Source: Octopus sinensis (taxonomy: Eukaryota). Taken from it: a stretch of 64,000 bases of DNA. The notes beneath the pieces were generated by a model that did not search any database, was not told the DNA's origin, and saw only the letters and a program-made list of their open reading frames with translations. Shown one piece after another: positions 62,170-64,000 of this stretch. Positions within the stretch are counted from its first letter, which is position 1. Each line of letters starts with the position of its first letter. Position numbers and translations under genes: made by a program. The stretch is taken from contig NC_043000.1 in NCBI RefSeq assembly GCF_006345805.1, forward strand, positions 159,030,001 through 159,094,000, in the 5' to 3' direction.

Positions 62170-64000
62170 ACTTGGTTGCTAATCTACCTAGGAGAAGGAA
62201 ATCTCCGAAATAAAGCGTGAGGCGTGGGAAGTTTCTGGTTTTCTCAATTTTCATGTCACACCGGCGAAAGTCTTCTTCAGCCAATAGGTGAGGTAGTGCA
62301 GTGCGAGCAACATTCACTAAAATTATTCATCTGCATAAGTACATCCTGTACAGCAAATCTTACTAAAATCATTGAATTGGTTGGTTGGCAGAAACCTAAA
62401 AATGCACTTGTAACTTACTTTAAAATGTCTCAAACAGATTCAGTAAATGGAAAAAAAAATTAAACTTGGGAACGTCAGGGGAACAGGTCTGGCTCAGCAG
62501 GTGTCGCAGAGTATCACAGGCAGGCCCGGTCGTCATCCTGCCACTGTGGGCAAACAATCTTCAAGGAAAATTAAAAATAAACATCCTTTGAATTTTGGCA
62601 GTTGGAATGTGCGCAAATTTCTTGAAATTGTCATTTCAACCAGAGGCCAGAAAGGTATACTGCACTTATCGCAAGGGAGCTTAAGAAGTATTCCCTTGAT
62701 ATAGTTGCACTCTCTGAAACCCGTCTCTCTGGTGAGGGTCAAGTAAATGAACATACTTATGGGTACTCTATCTTTTGGAGAGGCCTACCTAAGGGTCGGC
62801 GTTGAGAATTTGGTGTTGGGTTTGCTCTCAAGAATTCATTAGTATCCTCCATTGCTGAATTTCCAAGTGGTATATCTGAACGAACCATGTCATGCCGTAT
62901 TAAACTAACAAAATATGTAGGTTTCTTACCGTTGTCAGTATTTATGCGCCAACAATGTCCCATTCTGATGAAACTGTAGCTCGGTTTTGTGATGACCTAG
63001 CACAATTATTGAGGAAAGTACCAATTTCTGACAAGCTGGTCATATTGGGAGATTTCAACGTAAGAGCTAGAAAGGAATACGTCTCATGTCCTGTTTGAGG
63101 TCGACATAGGATTGGAAAATGTAATAAAAATAGAGTAGCTCTTTTGACGTTTTGTACTGAAAATAATCTGGTTGTCACCAACAGTCTGTTTAAGCAGAAA
63201 AATAAATATAAAACCACCTGGATGCACCCAAGATCTAGTACTGGCACCTCATAGATTATATTTTGAACAGAAAGCGTGATATGAAAGATGTTTCTAGCGT
63301 TCGGGTCATGACACATGGTCCAGTGTGAGGGAAAATAATTTTTTCGATAATACCTAAAAATCGACAGACTGGTTCCAAGGTACCCCAAAAGTTTAACGTT
63401 GCAAACTTTAAATAAACAAGCAGCTTGCAAAGATAACCCAATGCTGTATAAAGTATCAATCTTGACCCAAACAATCTATGGGAAAATTTCAAAGCAAAAG
63501 TATTTCGGGCTGCAAGTTAGTCAGTGGGATTTAAATCACGTAAGTCCAGTGACTGGTTCTCAGAAAGATCAGCAGAAATTCATGATCTACTTTTAGAAAA
63601 ACAAAGCTTAGGCAATACATTTCTTTCTCAGTCCTTGAACTCCAACTCAAACCAAGCTTACAGAGAGCTGAAAGGAAAATTTCAGACTGCTCTAAAGGAA
63701 ATTAAGGACTGATAGAGCAGCTGATAGAAATGATTCCACGGTTTGTACTCTTATGTTAAGAGTTATATGGCTCAAATCTTCTTCAATAGCTCCTGTGAGG
63801 AAAGCAAATGGACGTTTGCTTCTGACTGGCACCGCTTCTATTCATAAGCGCTGTGTAGAATATTTTTCTCCACTTTTGAATAGACCATAACCCGCTGACA
63901 TGAGGAGATAGAAAAAATAGAACACCTTCCAGTTATAGAAGGTATGGTAGTTGAATCAACTCTAAATGACATTTATTTAGCAGTGAATAAGCTATATATA
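62170..64000 (+). mobile_element. RTE-clade LINE 5' part (5' UTR + APE endonuclease + linker), decayed, runs off the window
   Basis: 5' UTR motif cctaggagaaggaaatctc; LNFGSWNVR, IARELKKYSLDIVALSETRLSGEGQ, FGVGFAL, VILGDFNVR, KYKTTWMHP, IDYIL. Confidence 0.9.

Noticed and set aside
62100-62200. Possible HDV-like ribozyme in the RTE 5' UTR (gctaat then ctacc, hairpin caagt..acttg)
   Set aside because: Could not build P1, P3 and P1.1 with correct spacing by hand; needs a consensus and covariance search.

Overview
AT-rich eukaryotic nuclear DNA, almost entirely transposable-element debris and (TA)n/(CA)n/(GA)n microsatellites. The tRNA-derived SINE families resemble those I know from octopus, so a cephalopod source is inferred, not proven. 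No host protein-coding gene, rRNA, true tRNA or CRISPR array could be recognised, and most short ORFs in the track are microsatellite translations. Supported content: one CR1-type LINE family in three long copies plus a fragment (one copy keeps an uninterrupted 641-aa RT ORF, another is near full length with ORF1); RTE LINE pieces, one 5'-inverted; several Penelope-like element (PLE) remnants and hammerhead-like terminal motifs; a TIR-bounded mariner; a Tc1 remnant; a TTAA piggyBac-type MITE; Helitron pieces; and many SINEs. Most interesting: (1) the CR1-type ORF1 appears to join an N-terminal Myb/SANT-like (trihelix) domain to a CX7CX8CX3H zinc finger; (2) this LINE and the commonest SINE share a 3' tail with a covarying hairpin, suggesting a LINE-SINE pair; (3) at least five local inverted duplications, including a perfect 102-bp-arm palindrome, mostly tied to (TA)n tracts. 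Some indels and fold-backs could be long-read assembly artefacts. All domain calls are by-eye motif recognition; no searches were run, and element boundaries are approximate unless stated exactly.
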